Shown piece by piece: positions 18,001-31,580 of a stretch of DNA of 64,000 nt; the stretch's first letter is position 1, and every line of letters starts with the position of its first letter. The notes beneath the pieces are model-generated. The model did not search any database, had not been told where the DNA came from, and saw nothing but the letters and a program-made list of their open reading frames with translations. The stretch is from contig OZ024742.1 in NCBI GenBank assembly GCA_964016885.1, forward strand, positions 359,662,001-359,726,000, read 5' to 3'. A program made the translations under genes and the position numbers. Source of the stretch: Eledone cirrhosa. Lineage: Eukaryota.

Positions 18001-21000
18001 ACACAAACACAGACATAGGTTAATTGGGGCAGATAATCACACACATAGACAGACATAGGCTAACAGGGGCAGATAACCACACACACAAACACAGACATAG
18101 GCTATTAGGGACAGATAACCACACACACATACACAGACATAGGCTAACAGAGGCAGATAACCACACACACAAACACAAACATAGGCTCACAGGGGCAGAT
18201 AACCACACACACAAACACATACATAGACTCACAGGGGCAGATAACCACACACACAAACACAGACATAGGCTCACAGGGGCAGATAACCACACACACAAAC
18301 ACAGACGTAGGCTAACAGGGGCATATAACCATACACAGAAACACAGACATTGGCTCAGAGGGGCAGATAACCACACACACAAACACAGACATAGGTTCAC
18401 AGTGGCAGATAACCACACACACAAACACAGACATAGGTTCACAGGGGCAGATAACCACACACACAAACACAGACATAGGCTAACAGGGGCAGATAACCAC
18501 ATACACAAACACAGACATAGGCTAACAGGGGCAGATAACCACACACGCATAAACAGACATAGGCTAACAGGGGCAGATAACCACACACATAGACAGACAT
18601 ACGTTAACAGGGCCAGATAACCACACACACAAACACGGACATCGGCTAACAGGGGCAGATAACCACACACATAAACAGACATAGGCTAACAGGGGCAGAT
18701 AACCACACACGCAAACACAGACATAGGTTAATTGGGGCAGATAACAACACACATAGACAGACATAGGTTAACAGGGGTAGATAAACATACACAAACACAG
18801 ACATAGGCTCACAGGAGAAGATAACCACACACACAAACACATACATAGACTCACAGGGGCAGATAACCACACACACAAACACAGACATAGGCTCACAGGG
18901 GCAGATAACCACACACACAAACACAGACGTAGGCTAACAGGGGCAGATAACCATACACAGAAACACAGACATTGGCTCAGAGGGGCAGATAACCACACAC
19001 ACAAACACAGACATAGGCTCACAGTGGCAGATAACGACACACACAAACACAGACATAGGCTCACATGGGCAGATAACCACACACACAAACACAGACATAG
19101 GCTAACAGGGGCAGATAACCACATACACAAACACAGACATAGGCTCACAGGGGCAGATAGCCACACACACAAACAGACATAGGCTAACAGGGGCAGATAA
19201 CCACATACACAAACACAGACATAGGCTAACAGGGGTAGATAACCACACACGCATACACAGACATAGGCTAACAGGGGCAGATAACCACACACATAGACAG
19301 ACATACGTTAACAGGGCCAGATAACCACACACACAAACACGGATATAGGCTAACAGGGGCAGATAAACACACATAAAAACAGACATAGGCTCACAGGGGC
19401 AGATACCCACACACACAAACACGGACATAGGCTAACAGGGGCAGATAACCACACACATAAACAGACATACGCTAACAGGGGCAGATAACCACACACACAA
19501 ACACAGACATAGGCTAACAGAGGCAGATAACAACACACATAAAGAGACATACGCTAACAGGGGCAGATATCCACACACACAAACACAGACATAGGTTAAT
19601 TGGGGCAGATAATCACACACACATACACAGACATAGACTCACAGGGGCAGATAACCACACACACAAACACAGACATAGGCTCACAGGGGCAGATAACCAC
19701 ACACACAAACACATACATAGACTCACAGGGGCAGATAACCACACACACAAACACAGACATAGGCTCACAGGGGCAGATAACCACACACACAAACACAGAC
19801 GTAGGCTAACAGGGGCATATAACCATACACAGAAACACAGACATTGGCTCACAGGGGCAGATAACCACACACACAAACAGAGACATAGGCTCACAGTGGC
19901 AGATAACCACACACACAAACACAGACATAGGCTCACAGGGGCAGATAACCACACACACAAACACAGACATAGGCTAACAGGGGCAGATAACCACACACAC
20001 AAACACAGACATAGGCTCACAGGGGCAGATAGCCACACACACAAACAGACATAGGCTAACAGGGGCAGATAACCACACACGCATAAACAGACATAGGCTA
20101 ACAGGGGCAGATAACCACACACATAGACAGACATACATTAACAGGGCCAGATAACCACACACACAAACACGGATATAGGCTAACAGGGGCAGATAACCAC
20201 ACATAAAAACAGACATAGGCTCACAGGGGCAGATAACCACACACACAAACACGGACATAGGTTACAGAGGCAGATAACCACACACACAAACACAGACATA
20301 GGCTAACAGGGGCAGATAACCACACACACAAACACAGACATAGGCTCACAGGGGCAGATAGCCACACACACAAACAGACATAGGCTAACAGGGGCAGATA
20401 ACCACATACACAAACACAGACATAGGCTAACAGGGGCAGATAACCACACACGCATAAACAGACATAGGCTAACAGGGGCAGATAACCACACACATAGACA
20501 GACATACATTAACAGGGCCAGATAACCACACACACAAACACGGATATAGGCTAACAGGGGCAGATAACCACACATAAAAACAGACATAGGCTCACAGGGG
20601 CAGATAACCACACACACAAACACGGACATAGGTTACAGAGGCAGATAACCACACACATAAACACAGACATAGACTAACAGGGACAGATGACCACACACAC
20701 AAACACAGACATAGGCTCACAGGGGCAGATAACCACACACACAAACACAGACATAGGCTAACAGGGGCAGATAACCACACACACAAACACAGACATAGGC
20801 TAACAGGGGCAGATAACCACACACACAAACACAGACATAGGCTCACAGGGGCAGATAACCGCACACACAAACACAGACATAGGCTAACAGAGGCAGATAA
20901 CCACACACACAAACACAGACATAGGCTAACAGGGGCAGATAACCACACACACAAACACAGACATAGGCTAACAGGGGCAGATAACCACACACACAAACAC

Positions 21001-24000
21001 AGACATAGGCTAACAGGGGCAGATAACCACACACACAAACACAGACATAGGCTAACAGGGGCAGATAACCATACACAGAAACACAGACATTCGCTCAGAG
21101 GGGCAGATAACCACACACACAAACACAGACATAGGCTCACAGTGGGAGATAACGACACACACAAACACAGACATAGGCTCACAGGGGCAGATAACCACAC
21201 ACACAAACACAGACATAGACTAACAGGGGCAGATAACCACACACACAAACACAGACATAGGCTCACAGGGGCAGATAGCCACACACACAAACAGACATAG
21301 GCTAACAGGGGCAGATAACTACATACACAAACACAGACATAGGCTAACAGGGGCAGATAACCACACACGGATACACAGACATAGGCTAACAGGGGCTGAT
21401 AACCACACACATAGACAGACATACGTTAACAGGGCCAGATAACCACACTCACAAACACGGATATTGGCTAACAGGGGCAGATAACCACACATAAAAACAG
21501 ACATAGGCTCACAGGGGCAGAAAACCACACACACAAACACGGACATAGGCTAACAGGGGCAGATAACCACACACATAAACAGACATAGGCTAGCAGGGGC
21601 AGATAACCACACACGCAAACACAGACATAGGCTAACAGGGGCAGATAACCACACACGCAAACACAGACATAGGCTAACAGGGGCAGATAACCACACACAC
21701 AAACACAGACATAGGTTAATTGGGGCAGATAATCACACACATAGACAGACATAGGCTAACAGGGGCAGATAACCACACACACAAACACAGACATAGGCTA
21801 TTAGGGACAGATAACCACACACACATACACAGACATAGGCTAACAGAGGCAGATAACCACACACACAAACACAGACATAGGCTCACAGGGGCAGATAACC
21901 ACACACACAAACACATACATAGACTCACAGGGGCAGATAACCACACACACAAACACAGACATAGGCTCACAGGGGCAGATAACCACACACACAAACACAG
22001 ACGTAGGCTAACAGGGGCATATAACCATACACAGAAACACAGACATTGGCTCAGAGGGGCAGATAACCACACACACAAACACAGACATAGGTTCACAGTG
22101 GCAGATATCCACACACACAAACACAGACATAGGCTCACAGGGGCAGATAACCACACACACAAACACAGACATAGGCTAACAGGGGCAGATAACCACATAC
22201 ACAAACACAGACATAGGCTAACAGGGGCAGATAACCACACATAAAAACAGACATAGGCTGACACGGGCAGATAACCACACACACAAACACGGACATCGGC
22301 TAACAGGGGCAGATAACCACACACATAAACAGACATAGGCTAACAGGGGCAGATAACCACACACGCAAACACAGACATAGGCTAACAGGGGCAGATAACC
22401 ACACACATAAAGAGACATACGCTAACAGGGGCAGATAACCACACACACAAACACAGACATAGGCTAACAGAGGCAGATAACCACACACATAAAGAGACAT
22501 ACGCTAACAGGGGCAGATAACCACACACACAAACACAGACATAGGTTAATTGGGGCAGATAACAACACACATAGACAGACATAGGTTAACAGGGGTAGAT
22601 AAACATACACAAACACAGACATAGGCTCACAGGAGAAGATAACCACACACACAAACACAGACATAGGTTCACAGGGGCAGATAACCACACACACAAACAC
22701 AGACATAGGCTAACAGGGGCAGATAACCACACACACAGACATAGGCCAACAGGGGCAGATAACGACACACACAAACACAGACATAGGCTAACAGAGGCAG
22801 ATAACCACACACAAACACAGACATAGGCTCACAGGGGCAGATAACCACACACACAAACACAGACATAGGCTCACAGGGGCAGATAACCACACACACAAAC
22901 TCAGATATAGGCTAACAGGGGCAGATAACCACACACACAAACAGAGACATAGGCTAACAGGGGCAGAGAACCACACACACAAACACAGACATAGGCTAAC
23001 AGGGGCAGATAACCACACACACATACACAGACATAGGCTAACAGAGGCAGATAACCACACACAAACACAGACATAGGCTCACAGGGGCAGATAACCACAC
23101 ACACAAACACAGACATAGGCTCACAGGGGCAGATAACCACACACACAAACTCAGATATAGGCTAACAGGGGCAGATAACCACACACACAAACACAGACAT
23201 AGGCTAACAGGGGCAGAGAACCACACACACACACTGACATAGGCTCACAGGGGCAGATAACCACACACACAAACACAGACATAGGCTAACAGAGGCATAT
23301 GTACACACACACAAACACAGACATGGGCTAACAGGGGCAGATAACCACACACACAAACACAGACATAGGTTAACAGGGGCAGATAACCACACACACAAAC
23401 ACAGACATAGGCTAACAGGGGCAGATAACCACACACACATACACAGACATAGGCTAACAGGGGCAGATAACCACACACACAAACACAGACATAGGCTAAC
23501 AGGGGCAGATAACCAGACACAAACACAGACATAGGCTAACAGGGGCACATAACCACACACACAAACACAGACATAGGCTAACAGGGGCAGATAACCACAC
23601 ACACAAACACAGACATAGGCTAACAGAGGCAGATAACCACACACACAAACACATACATAGGCTCACAGGGGCAGATAACCACAGGCACAAACACAGACAT
23701 AGGCTAACAGGGGCAGATAACTACACACACAAACACAGACATAGGCTAACAAGGGCAGATAACCACACACACAAACACAGACATAGGCTAACAGGGGCAG
23801 ATAACCACACACACAAACACAGACATAGGCTAACGGGCAGATAACCACACACACAAACACAGACATAGGCTAACAGGGGTAGACAACCACACACACAAAT
23901 ACAGACATAGGCTAACAGGGGCAGATAACCACACACACAAACACAGACATAGGCTAACAGGGGCAGATAACCACACACAAACACAGACATAGGCTAACAG

Positions 24001-24384
24001 GGGCAGATAACCACACACACAAACACAGACATAGGCTAACAGGGGCAGATAACCACACACACAAACACAGACATAGGCTAACAGGGGCAGATAACCACAC
24101 ACAAACAGACATAGGCTAACAGGGGCAGATAACGACACACACGAACACAGACATAGGCTCACAGGGGCAGATAACCACACACACAAACACAGACATAGGC
24201 TAACAGGGGCAGATAACCACACACATACACAGACATAGGCTAACAGGGGCAGATAACCACACACACATACACAGACAGGCTCACAGGGGCAGATAACCAC
24301 ACACACATACACAGACATAGGCTAACAAGGACAGATAACCACACACACAAACAGACATAGGCTAACAGGGGCAGATAACCACAC
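1..24384. repeat. 42-bp tandem satellite (consensus GGCTAACAGGGGCAGATAACCACACACACAAACACAGACATA) with 40-bp variants and higher-order repeats; runs off the left edge
   Basis: Continuous monomers throughout. Identical ORF translations recur at offsets 2950 (3..245 vs 2953..3195) and 2753 (1909..2907 vs 4662..5660). Confidence 0.98.
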
Positions 24385-24439
24385 CATACATTAATATACT
24401 TAAAATGTAAATATGTACTAGAAAGTGCAAATCTCTGTA

Positions 24440-24770
24440 TGCTTCTCTCTCACTCCCTCACTCTCTTTCTGCCTCTCACTTCACTCTTTCTCTCACTTCT
24501 CTCTCATGCCTCTCTTTCTCCTTCTCACTTGCACCGCTCACTCTCCCCTTCCTCCTCTCTCCCCCTCTCTCTCTCTCCCTCCCCCTCTCTCCTCTCTTCC
24601 TTCCTCCCTATCTGTCTATGTAACTGTGTGCAATTGTCCCTTCTCTCCCCTCTCACTCCCTCCCCTCTCTCCTCTCCCTCTCTCCTCCTCTCATCTCTCT
24701 CTCCTATCTCTCCCTCCTCCCCCTCACCATCTAACCCCCCCCCCCTCTCTATCTATCTATATCTACCTCT
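24440..24770. repeat. CT-rich polypyrimidine low-complexity tract
   Basis: Almost only C/T on the + strand. Confidence 0.85.
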
Positions 24771-24859
24771 ACACAGTTGTCCTACCACAGTAACGCCATA
24801 TTTAATCTAAACCCACATTGCTACATGACATACAATATATATGACAATAAATAAATAAT

Positions 24860-25046
24860 TGTTTCTACTTTTGGCACAAGGCCAGCAATATTTCGCAGTG
24901 TATTACTGGTACTTTATTTTATCGACCCCGTAAGGATGAAAGGCAAAGTTAACCTCAGCGGGATTTTAACTCAGAATGGCAAGGGCCGTAACTCTATGCG
25001 TCAAAGCATGGTGTCCGACCCTCTACCGATACTGCCAATTCACCGC
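24860..25046 (-). mobile_element. Full-length tRNA-derived SINE with a Nin/Deu-like core (resembles the octopus OK family)
   Basis: Minus strand has an A-box-like head TGGCAGTATCGGTAG, a B-box-like GAGTTAAAATCC, the core GCCTTTCATCCTTACGGGGTCGATAAAATAAAGTACCAG and an ATT tail. Flanked by the direct repeat AATAAATAAATAAT (24846-24859 / 25047-25060). Confidence 0.88.
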
Positions 25047-25060
25047 AATAAATAAATAAT

Positions 25061-25200
25061 AACTTCTAACATTGGCACAAGCTTAGATATTGGCTGCTAG
25101 TGGGGAGAGAAAAAGTCAATTATCGATCAACTACTACATTCTTATTTGATTTTATCGATCCATGAGGAATCTAATGTAAAATTGACCTCGTCGGGATTTC
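25061..25200 (-). mobile_element. Older diverged SINE fragment of a related family
   Basis: Degenerate TTGGCACAAG...TTTTATCGATC...TTGACCTCGTCGGGATTT, collinear with the neighbouring SINE. Confidence 0.6.
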
Positions 25201-25278
25201 CTATCATTTTCCACACTCACCTTATAAATCATTAGAGATTCGTTCACATTATTAAATAACACACACACGCATATACAC

Positions 25279-25849
25279 ATGCCCTTTCACACACATACAC
25301 ACACACTCACATATACACAGGCACGTTCACATACACACACTCACATATACACATGCACGTTCACACACATATACACAGGCACGTTCTCACACATACACAC
25401 ACATATTCACAGGCACGTTCACACACACATATATACACAGGCACGTTCACACACATACACACACACATATTCACAGGCACGTTCACACACACATATATAC
25501 ACAGGCACGTTCACACACATACACACACACATATACACAGGCACATTCACACACATATACACAGGCACGTTCACACACACACATATACACATGCACGTTC
25601 ACACACATACACACACACATATTCACAGGCACGTTCACACACACATATATACACAGGCACGTTCACACACTTACACACACACATATTCACAGGCACGTTC
25701 ACACACATACACACATTCACATATACACAGGCACTTTCACACACACACACACACATATATACACAGGCACGTTCACACACATACACACACACTCACATAT
25801 ACACAGGCACGTTCACACACACACACACACTCACATATACACGGGCACG

Positions 25850-25894
<45 letters not shown>

Positions 25895-26200
25895 ACAGGC
25901 ACGTTCACACACATATACACAGGCACGTTCACACACATATACACAGGCACGTTCACACACATACGCACACACACACACACATATATACAGGCACATTCAC
26001 ACACACTCACATATACACAAGCACGATCACACACATACACACAGTCACATATACACAGGCACGTTCACACACATACACACACACTCACATATACACAGGC
26101 ACGTTCAGACACATACACACACACATATATACACAGGCACGTTCACACACATACACACACACATATATATAGGCACGTTCATACACATACACACACACAC
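25279..26200. repeat. Variable-period minisatellite: core CAGGCACGTTCAC separated by (CA)n/(TA)n spacers
   Basis: More than 20 recurrences of the core within CA/TA microsatellite. Confidence 0.92.
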
Positions 26201-26621
26201 ACATACACAGACACGTCGACACTTATACACACACACACGCAAATATATATATATATATAGTCATATATATATATATATATATATATATAGTCATAGTTCT
26301 TTCGTCACACATTCTGTGTGTGTTTCTTATTGGCAACATGACCCTCCCAAAGTATAACAATATCGGTTTCAACACACGATTTCAGATAAAGAATCTTGCT
26401 AAACAAATTCAGAAACGAAATATATATATATAAATTAGCGAGAATCGTATTTCGGCTTGGGAATTAACGAAAAACAACTTCCGAGATGTGTGTCAAGCGC
26501 TCAATGATTCAGATGAACCAGAGCTACAACATACGTTAAAGGCCAAACACACTGAGACGATGGTTAAACATTCATCCGCACAACCATAAAAACGACCAAG
26601 TAATTCGGGTCAAACAAATAA

Positions 26622-26652
<31 letters not shown>

Positions 26653-27456
26653 ATTGGTGTTGGATGCTTAAAGTATACGGTAAGCCGTTTGAGCACTCGA
26701 TGGTCTCACAGAGCAGAGTATAAAATCACAAAAAAAAAAGAGACTCAGTGTTGCGACGAATGGAATTTAGTGGACATATTACAATCGTTTCTCTGGCGAC
26801 CAGATCGAGGCACAATCGATGTGATGATCAAACCTGACTCTGAAAATCGCATGGTCCTCAGATACGTCTTGATTCTAAGGAGCAGATTTTCCAAATGTAC
26901 TTTTACATCGATATCCTTCGCCTGTCGGCTTAGGTCCTGCTGCTGTCATTCTATGAGTGGCCAAGAATTGTAGACGTCATCGATATTTCTAGCCACTAAT
27001 GGTTGTCCTCTGTTTGGTTCTTTTCATTCTCCACCTGTCAATCAAAGTTGTTTTTTAGATCGGAATTACTACTGTAGTAGGTAAGGGGTTGTAAGCTTGA
27101 ACTGCTGGCGGCCTGTCAGCGTCTTCCATGTCTGTAGGAGCCCTCCCCCACACCTATCACGTACTCACGCGTAACTGTATTCTATGCGACAATGACCGTA
27201 AATAATGCTTGCAGGGAATTTTTTAAACAAATTAGAATAATATTTATCATAACGTTTCAAGAACACAGCCTCAGAATACCTTAAAACATACATATTTCAA
27301 AAAGAAAAAACTCTGTACAAAGAGCGTATTTAAATGAATGCTTGGAACAACCTTTCAAAAAAAAAGGTTATTTCGAAGGTATTTTTGATAAATATACACA
27401 TATCTACACTCACACACTGTACTCAGCCAGAGCTTCGATTATGCTGTACTTCCATT

Positions 27457-27524
<68 letters not shown>

Positions 27525-27764
27525 AAAAAATGGGGAGAAGAATACTGCTGGTTGCACATGGATAACATGTGCAACCAGCAGTATTTAATAGTATTTCTAT
27601 TAAAAATGTTACTATATTTATGTGTAGGGGGAAAATGCTTCGTAATAAGGGAAAGAAAGATCTTAGTTAATGGTGTGGCCACCTCCATATTATATGGTGG
27701 GTTATACCAACAAATGCGACGGGGTCTATTTCTTCTAGGTCTATTTTCGTACTCTCTATATGCT

Positions 27765-28328
27765 AATAGAAATACTATTAAAATCTCTTACTCTACGACT
27801 CCTAACCTTGCACATAACATCACAGCTTCAAATTTAGCTAAACTACCTAGCCGTAGGAACACGTGCAACCCTGTAGTTAGTACTAACTGTAATTGTAGGA
27901 ATCGGGTTGATTGCCCCCTATCCGGGAAATGCCTCTCTAGTAACATTGTCTACAAATGTAAGGTTGTAACACCCACGTCCCGTAGGGCCTACATAGGGTT
28001 AACCGCCAATAGATTCAAGCAGCGTCTTTACACGCATACCCATTCTTTTCGTTACCCTCTAAGAAGGAATATGACGTCACTTTCAGCTTATATCTGGAGT
28101 CTAAAAGACAACCACACCCAATATAAGTTACACTGGGAGATCCTAGCTAGGGCTAGATCGTATAACGGAAATAAAAGACCTTGTGACCTCTGCGCCGCTG
28201 AGGCCCTGGAAATACTCTACGCCACAGACCACATCTTAAACAAAAAATCCGAGGCAATTTCGGCTTGTAAACATAAATTGCACAAAACTTTCCTGTATTA
28301 CAGCCCCACGTTATACCCTAATGGATAG
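27765..28328 (+). pseudogene. PLE C-terminal GIY-YIG endonuclease (CNC-CPLxGxC type); frame open but start missing
   Basis: NCNCRNRVDCPLSGKCLSSNIVYKC...AYIGLTANRFKQRL...SLSAYIWSLK...CDLCAAEALEI...LNKKSE..SACKH. The N-terminal part of track ORF 27342..28328 is spurious read-through of (TA)n and the inverted segment. Confidence 0.88.
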
Positions 28329-29331
28329 TACGATCAATACGTGGATATTTTACGTCTTGATGTGGGAGCTAAGTATATGTTTTGTTTATACCATTACTTG
28401 TTTGCATAGGTAAGTATATATTACCCGTATGTTTCATGAACGTACGTATACCTTCTCGTACGTATATTTGATTGTTTATGTTATGGCGTATAAACTTTTT
28501 TTATTTTTTTTATTCTGGTACATATGGTTTGGCTATGTGTATACGGGAGTTTTGTGTCTGTGTGAGTATGCAGGTTCGTACGTATGTAGGGTGTGTGTAT
28601 ATGTGTACTTCATGTTTTGGTTGACTTACATCTCCGAACATTCGTGTATTTACATGTAGGTATGTGTGTACACTTGTTATTTACGTATTTATTTATTTAT
28701 ATACGTTTATATAATTATTTATTTATTTATTTGTATACACGCATACACACACACACACATTTATATGTGCGTGGTTTTGCATACCTATGGTAAGTGTTTT
28801 GCGTATGCTTGTGTATGTACGTATTTGTTTGCGTGTATGTATTTATTTATTTCTATTACTTCTGTATTGTATTTATTTACTTTGTTCTTAACTCTGTAGC
28901 GGAGATTCATTCGGTCTCCTAGTTAGAATTTTAGTCTACGACTTCTGTTATACCATTTACGTGGTTTTGTCTTTGCGTGCTATTGTTCTCCACGCTCCAC
29001 ATATGACGTATTATCTTCGTTTTTTTCGTTCATGAACCACCTAAGAGAACATTATTCTACGACCTCTTTTATACCATAAACGTGGTTCTGTTTTTTTCGT
29101 TCATGAACCACCAAAGAGAACATTAGTCTACGACCTCTTTTATACCATAAACGTGGTTCTGTCTTTCCGCGTAATTGTTTTTCACCGCTCCTATTAATGA
29201 CGTATCTTATTCGTTTTTTCCCGTTCTTTGCCAGCGAACGTTTCCACGAACCAAAGTATCGTCTTCCTGTCTTCCTCCTGTTGCAACGTTTTTTGAAATA
29301 TCCACTTCTGCGTTTACATATCGACTTCGTT

Positions 29332-29382
29332 AGTTTCAGAAGATCCCGTTAAGGGTGAAAGCAGAGATTCTTTGCTTAAACT
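29332..29382 (+). ncRNA. Type I hammerhead-like fold with variant core CAGAAGA
   Basis: Stem I AGTTT/AAACT; CAGAAGA; stem II T-CCC-GTTAA-GGG-T; GAAA; stem III GCAGAG-ATT-CTTTGC; triplet CUU. Confidence 0.6.
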
Positions 29383-29439
29383 TTAATCTGTTATTTTAAT
29401 AAATATATATATATATATATAAAGGATGAATATAAAATG

Positions 29440-30755
29440 AAAGTGCTTTTTTTAAAAAAGGAATTTATTAGGTATTGACATATGTGTCTGTAACAGACGG
29501 AATACCTATGTATCGCTGCTTGCGTAATCATATAATGTTAGCAAGTATTCGATAGCAAATGTATAATCAGTTGTCACTTCTTCAGAGATTTTGGATAAAT
29601 TGGATAAAATCAGAAAAATTGAAGTATTTATATTAGTAATAGAGGAAGAAACAGAGGGGATAGTATATGACAGATGGTAAATTAATTTACTGCTAAACAA
29701 GTATATAATGGGTTTCTAATGAGAATACCATGAGTAAATCTAAATAAGAATTTTGGGAGTGCCAATTTTAATCTCTACTTGACCAACTGGACAGTGGACA
29801 GGGCTGGTCATTTGGTGCAGTAGTATTAATTATAAAGTGTCAATTGGGGAAGGGGGAGATTTCGATTGCTACTAAATAACATCAATGCTAGTAGCCAACT
29901 GGTATATGCATTAGGGAATTGAATCAAGAAATCAGAAATCTCATTTTATCTATAGCAGTTTGTATTAAAAGGTAAATAATAGAAGAGTTGATAGAATTAA
30001 GACTAATAAAGAATGTTAATAACTATTTTGACAATCAAACGGGGATAGAGACAGGCGTTCAATCCTGGTAGTATTTATAATATGAAAATGTAGATTTTAA
30101 GCGATGGTTACAGTATAACGATCGCTCTATTCTGTTATTTAATAAAATGTTTTTGGATTTCATAATACAAAATAATTCTACATTACATAATTTACAAAAT
30201 TCCTGTCCATGGGTATATGGGGATGCAGTCGTTATTATATCCCATTTTAGGTGAAATTGTTGGTTATTTTCACGCAGCTGCCAAGCCTTGTCTGCGAGTG
30301 TTGTTACATAACGCTGGTTTTCATGTTTTATCGAGTAACGATGTCTATAAAGGCGTGATTTGAAGGAGGTGGCTGTAGATCCCACATAGTACCACTTCTG
30401 TCTATCCGATTCGATAGTACATTTGTATACGATGTTGCGTTCAAGACACTGATTGTTCAACGGACACATTCCTGGTTGGACACAGTTGCAATTATAATTT
30501 TGCGTTGTTGTATTGCCATGGATGGGTTGATGAGGTTGCTTATGTAGGACAGGATGTTGTTTGTTGTTTTGTGATGTTATAGCTAATGTTTTACGTGTAT
30601 TGTTATGTGTTGGAAGGCGTTTATACAACCGTTTTGCGTTAAGCTTTTTTATATGTTGTTCAATATTAGGGGCGGTTGAATATGAAAGTCGAATAGTGTT
30701 AGGGTTTAAGATTTTATTATATTTATGTGATGTTGGAAAGTGTTTTTTAACTAAT
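29440..30755 (-). mobile_element. PLE-2, 5'-truncated: GIY-YIG frame 30059-30755 plus AT-rich 3' region
   Basis: [24 protein letters not shown]...[20 protein letters not shown]...YYVGST..FKSRL...CKLCNVE...LLNNRIE. Bounded by (TA)n on both sides. Confidence 0.87.
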
Positions 30756-30858
30756 ATATATATGGATATATATATATATATGTATGTATGTACATATATA
30801 TATTTATATATATTTATATATATATATGTATACATGTATGTATATATATATGTGTATG

Positions 30859-30975
<117 letters not shown>

Positions 30976-31238
30976 TTATATAAGTAGAGGGTATTTAATT
31001 TGTTGGAAGTCCGACAAATATAAATGTTTATAACTGATTTAGAGCACTCAATGGTTTACTGCAGTAAATATTCAATGATATTAAATAAATGGATAGTGAA
31101 TTTCCAACCGAGAAGGTATGATTTTCATGGGTATGTCTCTATTTATAAAACAAACTTTGTATGTTGTCTTGGTACCCTTGAAATATATATAATAAAATAA
31201 ATATGGTTTTATAAATATAGTTTCCATTTATTTAATAT

Positions 31239-31290
<52 letters not shown>

Positions 31291-31309
31291 GTATGAATGT
31301 ATGTATGCA

Positions 31310-31580
31310 TGTCAGGTCACCAGTTGGTGCTACATGTATCCCAGTACAACCTGTCTCATGGTCGGGTCGTTGGCGACTACACTGGCAACCCCACCAAGGT
31401 TTCTTGGTGAGAAGGGTGACTTTGGACATCCTGCAGGACTAAAAACAAAACCTGTCAAAGGGCAAAGGAGCTCTTAAGAGTCAATGGCCATCCAAAATCA
31501 CCGGGAGAGATGACCCCTTAGCCTTTGTCAAGGCAGAATTCTAGGAGAAGGAAAACTCTGATATAACACCTGCAACCCTG
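31310..31580 (+). mobile_element. Probable 5'-UTR fragment of an RTE-clade LINE
   Basis: The motif CTAGGAGAAGGAAAACTCTGA matches my recollection of RTE 5' regions (not verified by search). GC-richer island between microsatellites. Confidence 0.4.

Larger units (their letters stand above)
27584..29403 (+). mobile_element. Penelope-like element PLE-1: 5'-truncated, with 5' inversion, GIY-YIG domain, ~1.1-kb 3' region, terminal hammerhead-like fold and AATAAA
   Basis: GIY-YIG frame at 27765-28328, inverted upstream linker at 27584-27763, AATAAA at 29398-29403 followed by (TA)n. Confidence 0.85.

Noticed and set aside
291-24318. Long His/Arg-rich and Cys/Leu/Val-rich ORFs (up to 556 aa)
   Set aside because: By-product of a 42-bp (14-codon) unit lacking stops in some frames. 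Frames break at every 40-bp variant, and there is no unique coding sequence or splice context.
1-24384. CRISPR-like array
   Set aside because: No unique spacers and no cas genes; eukaryotic satellite.
25279-26357. His/Thr-rich ORFs of 297 and 334 aa
   Set aside because: Translations of a CA/TA minisatellite.
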